Below are positions 48,038-59,074 of a stretch of DNA of 64,000 nt, piece by piece; positions within the stretch are counted from its first letter, which is position 1; each line of letters begins with the position of its first letter. Source of the DNA: Acidobacteriota bacterium (GTDB lineage Bacteria > Acidobacteriota > UBA6911); NCBI GenBank assembly GCA_963664705.1, contig OY761556.1:5344001-5408000 (forward strand), written 5' to 3'. Position numbers and translations under genes: made by a program. The notes beneath the pieces were generated by a model. That model worked only from the letters and a program-made list of their open reading frames with translations, searched no databases and was not told the origin of the DNA.

Positions 48038-49735
48038 ATGACACGTCTCTTGCTGTGCGGTGTGTGCAAGCCCTTCGGTATTAAAGATGAGACTGCTGAG
48101 CCGCTCTGCACCATGGAACTTCTGAACAACCAGGTTACGCGGGAACAGGGCGTACACTCGCCAAGATCCAGCAACCCGAGCTTTGGGCTCTATCTGATGG
48201 CGGAGAACCTGGAAGTTCCAACTACAGTCCTGGATTTTCCCTCTTGGGAAGAGTTTACACAGGAAATCGAAACGGGCAATTACACGCATGTGGGGATATC
48301 CTTTATCCTGCCCAATGTCCTCAAAGCCAAGCAAATGGCTCAGTTCATCCGTAAGAGCAACCCTGATATCAAAATTCTGATCGGCGGACATGGCACTTCC
48401 ATTCCGGAGATTAAGGAACTGGTTGAATGCGATGAGATTTGCCGTGGAGAGGGCGTTGCCTGGTTGCGGCGATATTTCGGTGAGAGGGTCGATAGGCCAA
48501 TCATTCACCCCGCGCTGCCGTCCGCGATCAATTCGTATATTTACGGCGCTCCCATCTTGGGCAAAGCTGGAATCATTATTCCTGGAGTCGGATGTCAGAA
48601 TTCATGCCGGTTTTGTTGCACGTCGCACAAGTTCGAGCATCAATACACTGCCTTTTTAAGTACTGGCGATGAGATATTTGCCGCCTGCCGCAATACCGAA
48701 GACAAACTTGGCGTCGATGACTATGGTTTGATGGACGAAAACTTCTGCAAAAATCCGCTGCGTGCAAGACGGCTACTACATTTGATGGAGCAGAATAAGA
48801 AGGCATACACCTTCAGTACATTTTCATCCGCGGAAGCGATTAATCTACTCGGAACCGATTTTCTCCTGCGTATGGGTGTCAACTTCCTCTGGATCGGAGT
48901 GGAATCCAAGGCAAATCTCTTTGAAAAAACGCAGGGAATCGATTTGCACAAGATGATTGCAGACCTGCAGGATCATGGCATATCGGTTTTGGCTTCGGCA
49001 ATTCTGTTTCTTGAGCATCACGATAAGGAAACGATCCACGAGGAAATCGATTGGGCGATTGGATTGGAATCCGATCTTCTCCAGTTTATGGAACTGGGAC
49101 CCAACCCGGGAACCAAGCTCTACCGGGAGTATGAAGCTGAAGGAAAACTGGCGCAGGGGATTCCCTACCCGAAAAAGCATGGGCAAGATGAGATTTGGTT
49201 TCACCATCCGCACTTCTCTTTCAAGGAAACAGCTGAATATCTTCGCGAAGCCTTTATTAAGAAATTCCACACGCATGGACCGGGTGTTGTAAACCTGGCG
49301 CAAACGGCTATCAAGGGTTACCTTCGCGTTAAGGATGAAATTGCCGAAAGACAAAAGCAGGGGTTGGTCTGGGATCCGGATTCGCTCCGGTACGTTCCCG
49401 GTAAGGGCGCCGCGCGGGATCATTTTATGGAACTGCGTCTCGACTCAATGAAAAGAAATGCCCTCCGGTTCCGCCCTGCCCTCAGCAGCAGTCTTCGATA
49501 TGCGCCTAATGCCGCCTCCGCGGAAAAGGTTCGCAGGGTTATGGCACTGTACAAAAAGGCCTTTGGGCCGATGACCATTACTGAGCGATTGCAGTCCCTT
49601 ACCGTACGCCTGTTTGCAATCAGAGAAAATTTCCGCATTAAAAGGGGAGGCACAGTGCTTCGACAGCCTCCCACAAACCGGGTTGAGTATCCGGATAGAA
49701 CGAGCAATGCGGAATACCTCAAACAAACTGCTTGA
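48038..49735 (+). CDS. Cobalamin-binding (class B) radical SAM protein
   Basis: N-terminal B12-binding domain (VGISF..ILIGGHG..GEG), then GCQNSCRFC, MDENF, IGVES, PNPGTKLY. Confidence 0.88.
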   Translation: MTRLLLCGVCKPFGIKDETAEPLCTMELLNNQVTREQGVHSPRSSNPSFGLYLMAENLEVPTTVLDFPSWEEFTQEIETGNYTHVGISFILPNVLKAKQMAQFIRKSNPDIKILIGGHGTSIPEIKELVECDEICRGEGVAWLRRYFGERVDRPIIHPALPSAINSYIYGAPILGKAGIIIPGVGCQNSCRFCCTSHKFEHQYTAFLSTGDEIFAACRNTEDKLGVDDYGLMDENFCKNPLRARRLLHLMEQNKKAYTFSTFSSAEAINLLGTDFLLRMGVNFLWIGVESKANLFEKTQGIDLHKMIADLQDHGISVLASAILFLEHHDKETIHEEIDWAIGLESDLLQFMELGPNPGTKLYREYEAEGKLAQGIPYPKKHGQDEIWFHHPHFSFKETAEYLREAFIKKFHTHGPGVVNLAQTAIKGYLRVKDEIAERQKQGLVWDPDSLRYVPGKGAARDHFMELRLDSMKRNALRFRPALSSSLRYAPNAASAEKVRRVMALYKKAFGPMTITERLQSLTVRLFAIRENFRIKRGGTVLRQPPTNRVEYPDRTSNAEYLKQTA

Positions 49736-49744
49736 TCAGGTTTT

Positions 49745-49799
49745 CCTCAAAGACGCCGGGAGTCGAGGAAAGCCCTCGACTCCACAGGCGCTTTGGAGG
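49745..49799. terminator. Stem-loop after the B12 radical SAM gene
   Basis: GGAGTCGAGG-aaagc-CCTCGACTCC core with imperfect outer arms. Confidence 0.6.
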
Positions 49800-50011
49800 T
49801 TAACCATCCTGTTGTTCTCCGGAATTTCCACTGCATTTGAGCCTTTCCCATCGTAGAATGAGGGCGGCGCTCCCAGTGTGGTCGCTCCCAGTCGCACTTC
49901 CAAAAAAGAATCCCCTGCACTACCTCGGGGCCGCACAGGGTCGTTTGGCCAGACAAGAGCAATCTTGTGCTGGGCGATAAGCCGATTAGCAATAGCAGAA
50001 AGGGGAAGGTA

Positions 50012-50494
50012 ATGGAACAGACCATCCGTTTCACGCTCAACGGTCGTCCGGTCACGATCAAGACTGATGGTGACCGGTCTCTCCTCTGGGTGCTTCGCAC
50101 CGATCTTGGCTTGACCGGCACCAAATATGGATGCGGACTGGGTCAATGTGGCACCTGCACGGTTGTCATCGGAAAAGCGGCCATTCGCTCCTGTCATTTC
50201 CCCATAAAGAACGTGGCCGGCAAAAAGGTAATTACGGTAGAAGGGCTTTCGCGTAATGGAAAACTGCATCCCCTGCAGAGGGCATTTATTCAAAACGGTG
50301 CTGTTCAATGCGGCTTCTGCACGCCGGGAATGCTGCTCAAGAGCTATGAGCTTCTTCTGAAAAATCCCAAGCCAACGCAAGAGCAAATCCTCGCACATAT
50401 GGAAGGACAGCTATGTCGTTGCGGGACATACTCTCGCGTTGTAGCGGCTATTCAGACCGCCTCTGCGGAATTGAATGGAGGGAAGGTGCTATGA
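50012..50494 (+). CDS. (2Fe-2S)-binding subunit of xanthine oxidase-family molybdoenzyme (IorA/CoxS-like)
   Basis: GTKYGCGLGQCGTC..SC; QCGFCTPG..LCRCG. Confidence 0.93.
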   Translation: MEQTIRFTLNGRPVTIKTDGDRSLLWVLRTDLGLTGTKYGCGLGQCGTCTVVIGKAAIRSCHFPIKNVAGKKVITVEGLSRNGKLHPLQRAFIQNGAVQCGFCTPGMLLKSYELLLKNPKPTQEQILAHMEGQLCRCGTYSRVVAAIQTASAELNGGKVL

Positions 50495-52605
50495 CCGGGG
50501 ATCAAAATTCCTTTAATCGACGAGAATTCGTCAAACTCCTGGGGCCCGGCCTTTACCTTTTGTTCTCGATAGATAACCTTCTGATAGCTGCGCAATCCGG
50601 TGGCCCGGCCGGGAGATATCCCGATGACTTCAATGCCTATTTGAGAATTGCCGAAGACGGGCACATCACATGCTTTGTCGGCAAAGTCGAGCTTGGACAA
50701 GGAATGATCACCTCCCTTGCGCAAATGCTGGCGGAAGAGCTCGAGGTTTCTTTTGAATCGATCAGTGTCGTATTTGGCGACACATTTCTCTGCCCATGGG
50801 ATGGCGGAACAAACGGATCGCGGAGTATTAAGTACCTTGGTCCTCCACTACGTGCAGCGGGCGCGGAAGCTCGAGAAGTTTTGCTTCAGATCGCATCCGA
50901 GCAGATGAATATTTCGCGTGACAAGCTTGTCGCCAAGGAAGGGATAATATTTGATAAGGAAAATCCTTCCCGAAGAGTTTCGTATGGTTCCCTGGCCAAG
51001 GGAAAGACGATCGAGCGTCATTTGGAAAAAAAGCCGGGTCTGAAGCCGGCCTCTGCTTTTGCAGTGTGTGGGAAATCAAAGCCGCGTGCCGATTTTATCG
51101 AGAAGGTTACGGGTAAAGCTCAATTCTCCGGGGACATCCGATTACCCAATATGCTGTATGGAAAGGTTCTGCGACCTCCGGCCCATGGTGCCAAACTAAG
51201 AAAGGCGGATTTGTCGGCAACAAAGAGCGTTAAGGACGCGATGGTTTTTCAGGACAATGATTTTATTGGAGTGGTTCATCCGCTTCCTGACGTTGCCGAA
51301 AAGGTGATTGCGCTCATCAAGGCTGAGTATGAATTGCCGGAAGCCAAAAGCAACGACGGAAATATCCACGAGCTGATTCTGAACACGACAGCAAAAGACA
51401 ACGCCGTGGAACAGAAGGGAGATATTGCCCAAGGCCTTAAAACTGCCGTTGTGACCTTTGAAGAAACATATCTTACGCCTTATGTTGCGCATGCCCCTAC
51501 GGAAACGCATAGCGCGGTCGCGGATGTGAAAAGAGATGAAGCGCTTATTTACGTCGGGACGCAAAGGCCGTTTGGCGCGAACGAAGAAATCGGAAGGGCA
51601 ATCGGGCTGCCTTCAAATAGGGTGCGTGTGATCACGCCCTATGTGGGTGGAGGATTTGGAGGGAAAAGTCAGGTCGGACAGGCAGTCCAGGCCGCGCGGC
51701 TTTCGAAGATGTGCGGACATCCGGTTCAAGTCGTCTGGTCCCGGGAGGAGGAATTTTTCTACGATAGCTTTCAGCCGGCGGCGGTAGTTCAGATTGGCTC
51801 GGGCCTGGATCAATACAACCGAATCACCTTTTGGGATTATCGTGTGTTCTTTGCGGGCGATCGGAGTTCGCAAAATATTTACAAAGTTCCTAACCTGAGA
51901 ACGCTTGCGCGCGGACAGGGCTTTGGAGGCGGCGGACCCCATCCCTTCCCGACGGGTGCCTGGCGCGGGCCGGGAAGCAATAGCAATATCTTTGCTCGTG
52001 AATCGCATATGGATGTCATGGCGGCAAAAGTGGGCGCCGATCCTTTGGAATTCCGGCTCAGGAATCTTGCCGATGAGAGAATGGCCCGCGTTATCAAGGC
52101 GGGAGCGGAAAAGTTCGGCTGGAGAACCGGCAAGGGGCAGGGGGGGCATGGCCAGGGGATGGTCTGTCTCGATTACCTGGGCACCTATGTTGCCGCCTTT
52201 GTCGAACTCTATGCGGAGAGGGACGACAGGATTCGAGTGGAAAGAATCGTTCACGCACAGGATATGGGACCCGTTATCAATCCCGAAGGAGCTCGTATGC
52301 AAATAGAAGGTGCCATTACCATGGGACTCGGATATTGCCTGAGCGAGGAAATTCACTTCAGAGGCGGCGAAGTCCTTGATTTGGATTTCAGCGCTTATGC
52401 GATCCCGCGTTTTTCGTGGGTACCCAAAATTGAGACGGTACTCGTGGAAAACCTTGATATTGCCCCTTCGGGCGGAGGAGAACCGCCGATAGTCGGGATG
52501 GGTGCGCTCCTGGCCAATGGTTTTTTTGATGCGACCGGAATCCGGATGAACAGGCTTCCTCTGACTCCGGAAAATATCCGCAAAAGGCGCGTTGTCCAAA
52601 AATAG
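50491..52605 (+). CDS. Molybdopterin-binding subunit, isoquinoline/aldehyde oxidoreductase beta (IorB-like), with twin-arginine motif
   Basis: NRREFVK, KVELGQG, HAPTE, YVGGGFGGK, WRGPG, QIEG, GGGEP. Confidence 0.9.
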   Translation: MTGDQNSFNRREFVKLLGPGLYLLFSIDNLLIAAQSGGPAGRYPDDFNAYLRIAEDGHITCFVGKVELGQGMITSLAQMLAEELEVSFESISVVFGDTFLCPWDGGTNGSRSIKYLGPPLRAAGAEAREVLLQIASEQMNISRDKLVAKEGIIFDKENPSRRVSYGSLAKGKTIERHLEKKPGLKPASAFAVCGKSKPRADFIEKVTGKAQFSGDIRLPNMLYGKVLRPPAHGAKLRKADLSATKSVKDAMVFQDNDFIGVVHPLPDVAEKVIALIKAEYELPEAKSNDGNIHELILNTTAKDNAVEQKGDIAQGLKTAVVTFEETYLTPYVAHAPTETHSAVADVKRDEALIYVGTQRPFGANEEIGRAIGLPSNRVRVITPYVGGGFGGKSQVGQAVQAARLSKMCGHPVQVVWSREEEFFYDSFQPAAVVQIGSGLDQYNRITFWDYRVFFAGDRSSQNIYKVPNLRTLARGQGFGGGGPHPFPTGAWRGPGSNSNIFARESHMDVMAAKVGADPLEFRLRNLADERMARVIKAGAEKFGWRTGKGQGGHGQGMVCLDYLGTYVAAFVELYAERDDRIRVERIVHAQDMGPVINPEGARMQIEGAITMGLGYCLSEEIHFRGGEVLDLDFSAYAIPRFSWVPKIETVLVENLDIAPSGGGEPPIVGMGALLANGFFDATGIRMNRLPLTPENIRKRRVVQK

Positions 52606-52637
52606 CAAAAAGCCGGTTAGGGGAAAGCGTCGGAAGA

Positions 52638-53306
52638 GTGAGCGTTTTGGATCGGGTTAAATTTAGTATTATTTCCTGTTTGGGATACTGGGTTATTCGT
52701 CTGATCTGTTCCACCCTGCGTTGGCAGGCTGTCGAAATTCAAAATATCAAGGCACTTCACCAAAACGGCATACGACTGATTCTGACCTTTTGGCACGGAA
52801 GGATCATTCCCGCGACGTATTACTTCCGAAATCAGGGAATCGTCGTTATGACAAGCCGAAATCGTGATGGCGAGTATATTGCCCGCGTAATTCAAAAGTT
52901 CGGATACCAGGCTGCCCGCGGTTCCAGCTCGCGAGGAAGTCATGCTGCCACCATAGAGTGCCTGCGTGAAATGCGAAATGGAAAGGATGTTGGTCTTACT
53001 ATTGACGGTCCACGCGGTCCAAGATATGTGGCCAAACCGGGAGCCGCATACATGGCCAGGAAAAGCGGCAACCCTGTCTATCCCTTCAGCGTTTCCCTTG
53101 AAAAAAAATGGATCATGCGAAGTTGGGATCATTTTCAAATACCAAAACCCTTTTCCAGGGCTGTTTTGCTTTCTGCAGACCCAATTTATGTCAATGCCGA
53201 TGCTTCTTCAGAGAGAATCAGTGACGCAGAAAAGGAGATTCAACGAGCACTGGATCAACTGGTAATACGGGGAGACACATGGTGGGGCGGTGACGCGGAC
53301 CGGTAA
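52638..53306 (+). CDS. DUF374 lysophospholipid acyltransferase-like protein
   Basis: FWHGRI, SRNRDGE, RGSSSRG, DGPRGP, SWDHFQIPKPF. Confidence 0.88.
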   Translation: MSVLDRVKFSIISCLGYWVIRLICSTLRWQAVEIQNIKALHQNGIRLILTFWHGRIIPATYYFRNQGIVVMTSRNRDGEYIARVIQKFGYQAARGSSSRGSHAATIECLREMRNGKDVGLTIDGPRGPRYVAKPGAAYMARKSGNPVYPFSVSLEKKWIMRSWDHFQIPKPFSRAVLLSADPIYVNADASSERISDAEKEIQRALDQLVIRGDTWWGGDADR

Positions 53307-53327
53307 AGCTGAGAGTCAGGACAGAGC

Positions 53328-53678
53328 CTAGAAGATTCCCAGTTGCAGCTTGCCGGCTTCAGAGATCATCTCGGGATTCCAGGGCGGATCCCAGACAAGA
53401 ACTACCTTTGCCGATTTCACTCCATCGATTTCCTTTACTCTGTTTTGAACTTCAATCGGCAGCGAGCCGGCAACAGGACAACCGGGGCTCGTGAGCGTCA
53501 TCTGAATAATCACCTTATCCGGATTTGCATCGATATCGTAAATCAAGCCCAGTTCATAGATATTCACAGGAATTTCGGGATCGTAGATGTCCCGCAGAGC
53601 GTCGATTACCTGCTCTTCCAGGCTCAGGGAAGAAGGAGCTTTTGGCGCGTGATTTTCCTTTTTCTTCTTGAAGATCAT
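53328..53678 (-). CDS. sufT: DUF59 Fe-S assembly protein SufT
   Basis: IYDPEIPVNIYELGLIY, MTLTSPGCP, WDPPW. Confidence 0.92.
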   Translation of the reverse strand: MIFKKKKENHAPKAPSSLSLEEQVIDALRDIYDPEIPVNIYELGLIYDIDANPDKVIIQMTLTSPGCPVAGSLPIEVQNRVKEIDGVKSAKVVLVWDPPWNPEMISEAGKLQLGIF

Positions 53679-53681
53679 GGA

Positions 53682-54134
53682 CTACTCCGTGGCGACCGTT
53701 TCTTGGATTTCTTCGAGAGCAGCGCGCATGGTGTGCCAGGCAAGCGTCGCACACTTCACTCGCACCGGATATTCACGAACCCCAGAAAATACCGCTAGTT
53801 TTCCCATGGTTGCGGGATCCACCGGCGATTCGGAGTGATTGGTCACAAGCTGATGGAATCGTTCGAATATGGCTTTGACTTCGACCTCGGATTTGCCTTT
53901 AAGGCTTTCAGTCATCATTGATGCAGAGGCCGTGGAAATAGCACAGCCGGCGCCTACAAATGCAATATCCTTTACGATTCCATTTTCTACATGCATATAG
54001 ACGCTAAGCTTGTCGCCGCAGAGGGGGTTATAACCATCGGCCTGCCGGTTCGCATGCTCGAGCTTGTGAAAATTGCGGGGCTTTTTATGATGATCCAGGA
54101 TAACTTCCTGGTATAAATCACGCAAATCGGCCAT
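53682..54134 (-). CDS. sufU: SUF NifU-like scaffold/sulfur acceptor
   Basis: LYQEVILDH, NPLCGD, GCAISTASAS, RVKCATLAW. Confidence 0.95.
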   Translation of the reverse strand: MADLRDLYQEVILDHHKKPRNFHKLEHANRQADGYNPLCGDKLSVYMHVENGIVKDIAFVGAGCAISTASASMMTESLKGKSEVEVKAIFERFHQLVTNHSESPVDPATMGKLAVFSGVREYPVRVKCATLAWHTMRAALEEIQETVATE

Positions 54135-55393
54135 TAGCGGAATACCTCTTGTACCTTTCTGAGACCATTGACAAGTGCCTCAATATCCTCTCGCGTATTG
54201 TATATGCCCAAAGAAGCCCGGGCGGTGGCCGGAATCCCATAGAAATCCATCACCGGTTGAGCGCAATGATGGCCGGTTCGGATCGCAATTCCCTCTTTAT
54301 CTAAAATGGTTCCGATATCGTGCGGGTGAATTCCCTCGAGCACAAATGAAAGAACGCTCGCTTTTTCAGCTGCGGTACCAATAAGGCGAAGGGCATCGAT
54401 GGATTCGAGGGCTACCGTGCCGAAGTGAAGGAGATCCTGTTCGTGCCGGGATATATTCGACAGGCCGATAGATTGCAGATAATCCACGGCTGCGCCAAGG
54501 CCGATACCGCCGGCTACATTTGGCGTTCCAGCCTCAAATTTGTAGGGCAGCTTGTTAAATAGGGTTTTCGCAAAGGTTACGGAACTGATCATATCCCCTC
54601 CACCCTGGTAGGGTGGCATGGATTCCAATATTCGCTCTTTTGCATAAAGAACCCCGACGCCGGTTGGACCATACATTTTGTGTCCGGAAAAGACAAGAAA
54701 ATCGCAGTCCAGGGCCTGGACATCCATCCGCATATGCTGAATAGCCTGGGCAGCATCCACCAGCACGGGAATATTGCGTTCATGAGCCAGGCGAATTATC
54801 TCAGGAACTGGATTGACCGTGCCAAGAGCATTAGATACAGCCGTCACTGCAACCAGGCGTGTACTGGGCAAGAGAAGGCGTTCGAATTCTTGAAATACAA
54901 GCTCGCCCGCTGCGTTTATGGGAACCACCGAAAGGCTGGCTCCCTTTTCCTCGCAAAGGAGTTGCCAGGGGACGATGTTGGAATGATGCTCCATGCCGGT
55001 GATGAGAATGTGATCTCCCGGGGCAACGTGTGTTCGGCCGTATGTTTGAGCTACCAGGTTGATCGCTTCTGTAGTTCCGCGAACAAAAATAATTTCATGG
55101 GAGGAGCGGGCATTGACGAAATTGCGCAATTTATCTCGGCTGGCCTCATAAGATTCCGTTGCGCGTTCGCTGAGAAAGTGCACACCGCGGTGGATGTTGG
55201 CACACTCCATAGTATAAAAACGCATCAGGGCATCGAGCACTATCTGAGGTTTTTGTGTCGTTGCGGCATTATCAAGATAGACAAGCGATTTGCCATAAAT
55301 GGGTTCGCGAAAAATTGGGAAATCAGAGCGTATCTTGTGGACATCGAAAGTGCTCGGAAGCGTTTCCATTTGATTAACTGTCATCGTGGTCAT
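54134..55393 (-). CDS. sufS: Cysteine desulfurase
   Basis: YLDNAATTQKP, EHHSN, SGHKM, RTGHHCAQP. Confidence 0.96.
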   Translation of the reverse strand: MTTMTVNQMETLPSTFDVHKIRSDFPIFREPIYGKSLVYLDNAATTQKPQIVLDALMRFYTMECANIHRGVHFLSERATESYEASRDKLRNFVNARSSHEIIFVRGTTEAINLVAQTYGRTHVAPGDHILITGMEHHSNIVPWQLLCEEKGASLSVVPINAAGELVFQEFERLLLPSTRLVAVTAVSNALGTVNPVPEIIRLAHERNIPVLVDAAQAIQHMRMDVQALDCDFLVFSGHKMYGPTGVGVLYAKERILESMPPYQGGGDMISSVTFAKTLFNKLPYKFEAGTPNVAGGIGLGAAVDYLQSIGLSNISRHEQDLLHFGTVALESIDALRLIGTAAEKASVLSFVLEGIHPHDIGTILDKEGIAIRTGHHCAQPVMDFYGIPATARASLGIYNTREDIEALVNGLRKVQEVFR

Positions 55394-55435
55394 TCCATAT
55401 AAAGACTTCAAAAAGCAAAGCGTTATATCCGGCAA

Positions 55436-56761
55436 CTATTGCGATCTCGCCAGGCGGTTTAGAAGCACAAGATCAATCTGGCATTGAATCGGCTTTATTT
55501 TTACCGTCGAAAGCAGCTCGGTTGCAAAAGCATAGGTCAAAAGTGTCCTCGCGGCATTGCGTTCAATTCCGCGCGATCGGAGATAGAAAAGCTCATCTTC
55601 ATTGAGTTGGCCGATGGTCGCACCGTGCGTGCATTTGACATCGTCGGCCAGAATCTCGAGCTGGGGAGCTGTATTGATAGTCGAGTTTTTGGAGAGAAGA
55701 AGATTTTTATTCGCCTGGCGGGCATTGGTTTTTTGGGCGTCCTTTCGCACAATGATCCTCCCATTGAAAACTGCGCTGGAGGAGTCGTCAAGAATGCCCT
55801 TATATAGCTCGCGGCTTGTGCAGTTGGGCTTTGTGTGATCAATCGAAGTGTGATGATCCACGTGCTGTTCGCCTTTTGCGACATAAAGACCGTTCAGATC
55901 GCAGGAGGCCCCGTTTCCGTCAAGGGTGACATCAAGGCTGGATCGCACGAGTGACCCGCCCAGTGACAGGGAATGTGAAATGTAGTTACTATCCTTTGCC
56001 TGGGTCACGCGTGTGCTGGATATGTGAAAGGCGATATCGCTTTCTCTCTGAAGACGATAGTGGTCGACACTCGAATTTGTACCGACAGATATATCGGTAA
56101 CACTGTTGGTAAAGTACTGAGAAGCTCCAAGGCCGGCATAGCTCTCGACAATGCTGACCTGGCTGTTATTTTCTACTAATACGAGATTGCGGGGAGTCGC
56201 AAATGCGGGGTCCGGATGGCTTGTCGATAAAAAGAGCAAGTGGATTGGGTCCTTAATGCAGGTGCCCGAGGGGATATAGACAAAAGCGCCGTCGGACATA
56301 AACGCCGTATTGAGGGCAATAAAGGCGTTGTTTTGATAGCCGGCAGAATTGTCTAAGGTCGGTTTCACGAGATCGGACGTATGGGTCAGGGCCTCCGCAA
56401 GGCTGCACATCTGAACACCTTTAGGCAGATACTTCACGGTTGAGAGGCTTTCAGAGTAGAAACCATTGAGAAAGACGATCTGGGTGCAGCGTGCTTCGCA
56501 TACGGTATAGGGAGAAATGTCGGATATGGTTAGGCGGTTCAGTGAGGGATTGGCCGGCTTAAATGGTATTTTGGAAATTGGAGCTACATTTGTGAACCGC
56601 CAGGCTTCCTGGCGTGTGGTCGGGAACCCCTGCCGCAGGAAGCTGGAGAGAGCGTCCTGGCGAAGGGAATGCAGCCAGCAATCATTTTCAGGATGCAGGC
56701 GTTGCATAAGCTGATCAAAGGCGGTGACATATCCGTTTGTATCCTGCAGTAAGTCGTTCAT
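55436..56761 (-). CDS. sufD: Fe-S assembly protein SufD
   Basis: EAWRFT, VFNGRI, PQLEILADDVKCTHGAT, FYLRSRG. Confidence 0.95.
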   Translation of the reverse strand: MNDLLQDTNGYVTAFDQLMQRLHPENDCWLHSLRQDALSSFLRQGFPTTRQEAWRFTNVAPISKIPFKPANPSLNRLTISDISPYTVCEARCTQIVFLNGFYSESLSTVKYLPKGVQMCSLAEALTHTSDLVKPTLDNSAGYQNNAFIALNTAFMSDGAFVYIPSGTCIKDPIHLLFLSTSHPDPAFATPRNLVLVENNSQVSIVESYAGLGASQYFTNSVTDISVGTNSSVDHYRLQRESDIAFHISSTRVTQAKDSNYISHSLSLGGSLVRSSLDVTLDGNGASCDLNGLYVAKGEQHVDHHTSIDHTKPNCTSRELYKGILDDSSSAVFNGRIIVRKDAQKTNARQANKNLLLSKNSTINTAPQLEILADDVKCTHGATIGQLNEDELFYLRSRGIERNAARTLLTYAFATELLSTVKIKPIQCQIDLVLLNRLARSQ

Positions 56762-56768
56762 TAAATCC

Positions 56769-57539
56769 TCAGGAGTTTACTGCCTCATTTTTTGAAAGCT
56801 CTTCTTCTACCCACGAGTAGCCCTTTTCTTCCAGCTGGAGAGCCAAATCTTTTCCTCCCGATTTGACGATGCGTCCATCGAGAAGAACATGGACATAGTC
56901 GGGAACGATGTAATTCAGAAGGCGCTGGTAGTGAGTGACCAGAATCATGGCGCGATCCTGGCGGCGGAGCGCATTTACCCCTTTCGCAACAATACGCAGG
57001 GCATCGATATCCAGTCCTGAATCGGTTTCATCAAGAATTGCCAGCTTGGGTTCCAGGACGGCCATCTGGAAAATTTCGTTTCGCTTCTTTTCACCGCCGG
57101 AGAAGCCCTCATTCACTGCCCGATTCATCAGGCTCTCATCCATTTCAACCAGCTTCATCTTCTCTTTTGCATACACGAGAAAGTCCATCGCATCCATTTC
57201 CTCAAGACCGGAATACTTGCGGATGGAATTCAATGCGGTTTTAAGAAAATACATATTGCTGACGCCGGGAATTTCAACCGGATACTGGAAACCAAGAAAA
57301 ATGCCTTTGCGGGCGCGATCTTCGGGGAGCATGGATAGAAGATCTTCAGAAAGATAGGTGGCGGTTCCTTTTGCCACCAGGTAGCCTTCCCTGCCGGCGA
57401 GAACTTTTGCCAAGGTGCTTTTTCCTGAGCCGTTCGGACCCATGATTGCGTGTACTTCCCCGGGATTGACCTGCATGTCAATGCCATGAAGAATTTCCCT
57501 GCCATCAATACCAGCGTGCAAATCTTTGATTTCTAGCAT
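56769..57539 (-). CDS. sufC: Fe-S assembly ATPase SufC
   Basis: GPNGSGKST, FQYPVEIPG, FSGGEKKRNE, DETDSGLD. Confidence 0.97.
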   Translation of the reverse strand: MLEIKDLHAGIDGREILHGIDMQVNPGEVHAIMGPNGSGKSTLAKVLAGREGYLVAKGTATYLSEDLLSMLPEDRARKGIFLGFQYPVEIPGVSNMYFLKTALNSIRKYSGLEEMDAMDFLVYAKEKMKLVEMDESLMNRAVNEGFSGGEKKRNEIFQMAVLEPKLAILDETDSGLDIDALRIVAKGVNALRRQDRAMILVTHYQRLLNYIVPDYVHVLLDGRIVKSGGKDLALQLEEKGYSWVEEELSKNEAVNS

Positions 57540-57603
57540 TCTTTCTCCTGACGACAAAACAGGTGAAAACCGGTTTGTCCGCGTCGGGCCTATTTGGTAT
57601 GAA

Positions 57604-59046
57604 TCAGCCGACGCTTCCCTCCAGACTCACTCCCAGCAGCTTTTGCGCTTCGACGGCAAATTCCATTGGAAGCTCACGAAATACCTCTTTGCAGAAACCG
57701 TTCACTATCATGGATACGGCGGCCTCCGAGGGAATACCTCGCTGCTGGCAATAAAACAGCTGATCCTCTCCGATTTTTGAGGTTGAGGCCTCATGCTCCA
57801 TCTGCGCAGTTGAATTCTTTACTTCGATATAGGGGAAGGTATGGGCGCCACATTTATCTCCGATGAGGAGAGAATCGCAGCGCGAATAATTGCGGGCGCC
57901 ATCGGCTTTCTTCATGATCTTGACCATTCCACGATAAGTATTTTGTCCGTGTCCGGCGGAAATTCCTTTCGATACTATAGTGCTTCGTGTGTTTTTACCC
58001 ATGTGAATCATCTTGGTGCCGGTATCGGCCTGCTGATAGTTGTTCGTCAGCGCTACCGAATAGAACTCACCTATCGAATGGTCACCCATGAGAATGCAGC
58101 TCGGATATTTCCAGGTTATGGCGGAACCGGTTTCGACCTGAGTCCAGGATATCTTGGAGTATGCACCTTTACACTTTCCGCGCTTGGTCACAAAGTTATA
58201 GATGCCACCACGTCCTTCCTTATCTCCTGGGTACCAGTTTTGAACGGTGGAATACTTGATTTGAGCATGGTCCATGGCTATGAGCTCAACGACGGCAGCG
58301 TGAAGCTGATTCTCATCGCGCCTGGGGGCAGTGCACCCCTCAAGGTAACTTACATAGCTCCCCTCCTCTGCAATTATGAGGGTACGTTCAAACTGTCCGG
58401 TGGAGGCTGCGTTGATTCTGAAATAGGTCGAGAGCTCCATGGGGCAGCGAACACCTTTGGGTATATAGCAAAAGGAACCATCTGTAAAAACAGCGGCATT
58501 CAGGGCGGAAAAGAAATTGTCGGTGTAAGGAACAACATCGCCGAGATATTGGCGTACGAGATCTGGATGGTTTTGAACGGCGTCTGAAAAGGAGCAAAAA
58601 ATGATGCCAAGTTCTGCAAGTTTTTCTTTAAAGGTTGTCGCCACAGAGATGCTGTCAAAGACCGCATCCACCGCTACGCCGGCGAGAAGTTCGCGTTCAC
58701 GCAGGGGAATTCCAAGTTTTTCATAGGTCGCAAGAAGCTCCGGATCTACTTCATCCAAGCTTTTGGGTTTCGACTTCATTTTCGGAGCTGAATAATAGCG
58801 GATCGCCTGATAATCAATCTTCGGGTAATGAACGTTAGCCCATGTGGGCTCCGTCATTGTCTGCCAATGGGTAAAAGCCTTTAGGCGCCATTTAAGCAAA
58901 AACTCCGGTTCATTTTTCTTCGCGGAGATTTGACGAATGATGTCTTCACTCAAGCCCGGGGGAACGGTGTCGGATTCGATATCCGTGACAAAACCGTACT
59001 TGTACTCCTGGCGAGTGAGTTCTTCGATATGGTTTGCCGTGCTCAT
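57604..59046 (-). CDS. sufB: Fe-S assembly protein SufB
   Basis: [42 protein letters not shown]. Confidence 0.98.
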   Translation of the reverse strand: MSTANHIEELTRQEYKYGFVTDIESDTVPPGLSEDIIRQISAKKNEPEFLLKWRLKAFTHWQTMTEPTWANVHYPKIDYQAIRYYSAPKMKSKPKSLDEVDPELLATYEKLGIPLRERELLAGVAVDAVFDSISVATTFKEKLAELGIIFCSFSDAVQNHPDLVRQYLGDVVPYTDNFFSALNAAVFTDGSFCYIPKGVRCPMELSTYFRINAASTGQFERTLIIAEEGSYVSYLEGCTAPRRDENQLHAAVVELIAMDHAQIKYSTVQNWYPGDKEGRGGIYNFVTKRGKCKGAYSKISWTQVETGSAITWKYPSCILMGDHSIGEFYSVALTNNYQQADTGTKMIHMGKNTRSTIVSKGISAGHGQNTYRGMVKIMKKADGARNYSRCDSLLIGDKCGAHTFPYIEVKNSTAQMEHEASTSKIGEDQLFYCQQRGIPSEAAVSMIVNGFCKEVFRELPMEFAVEAQKLLGVSLEGSVG

Positions 59047-59074
59047 AGTATTTCAGCCCTTAAAGAAGCAAATT

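Noticed and set aside
49868-49892. Direct repeat CGCTCCCAGT x2, or a Moco riboswitch upstream of the iorAB-like genes
   Set aside because: Only two short copies, and no recognisable Moco riboswitch structure.
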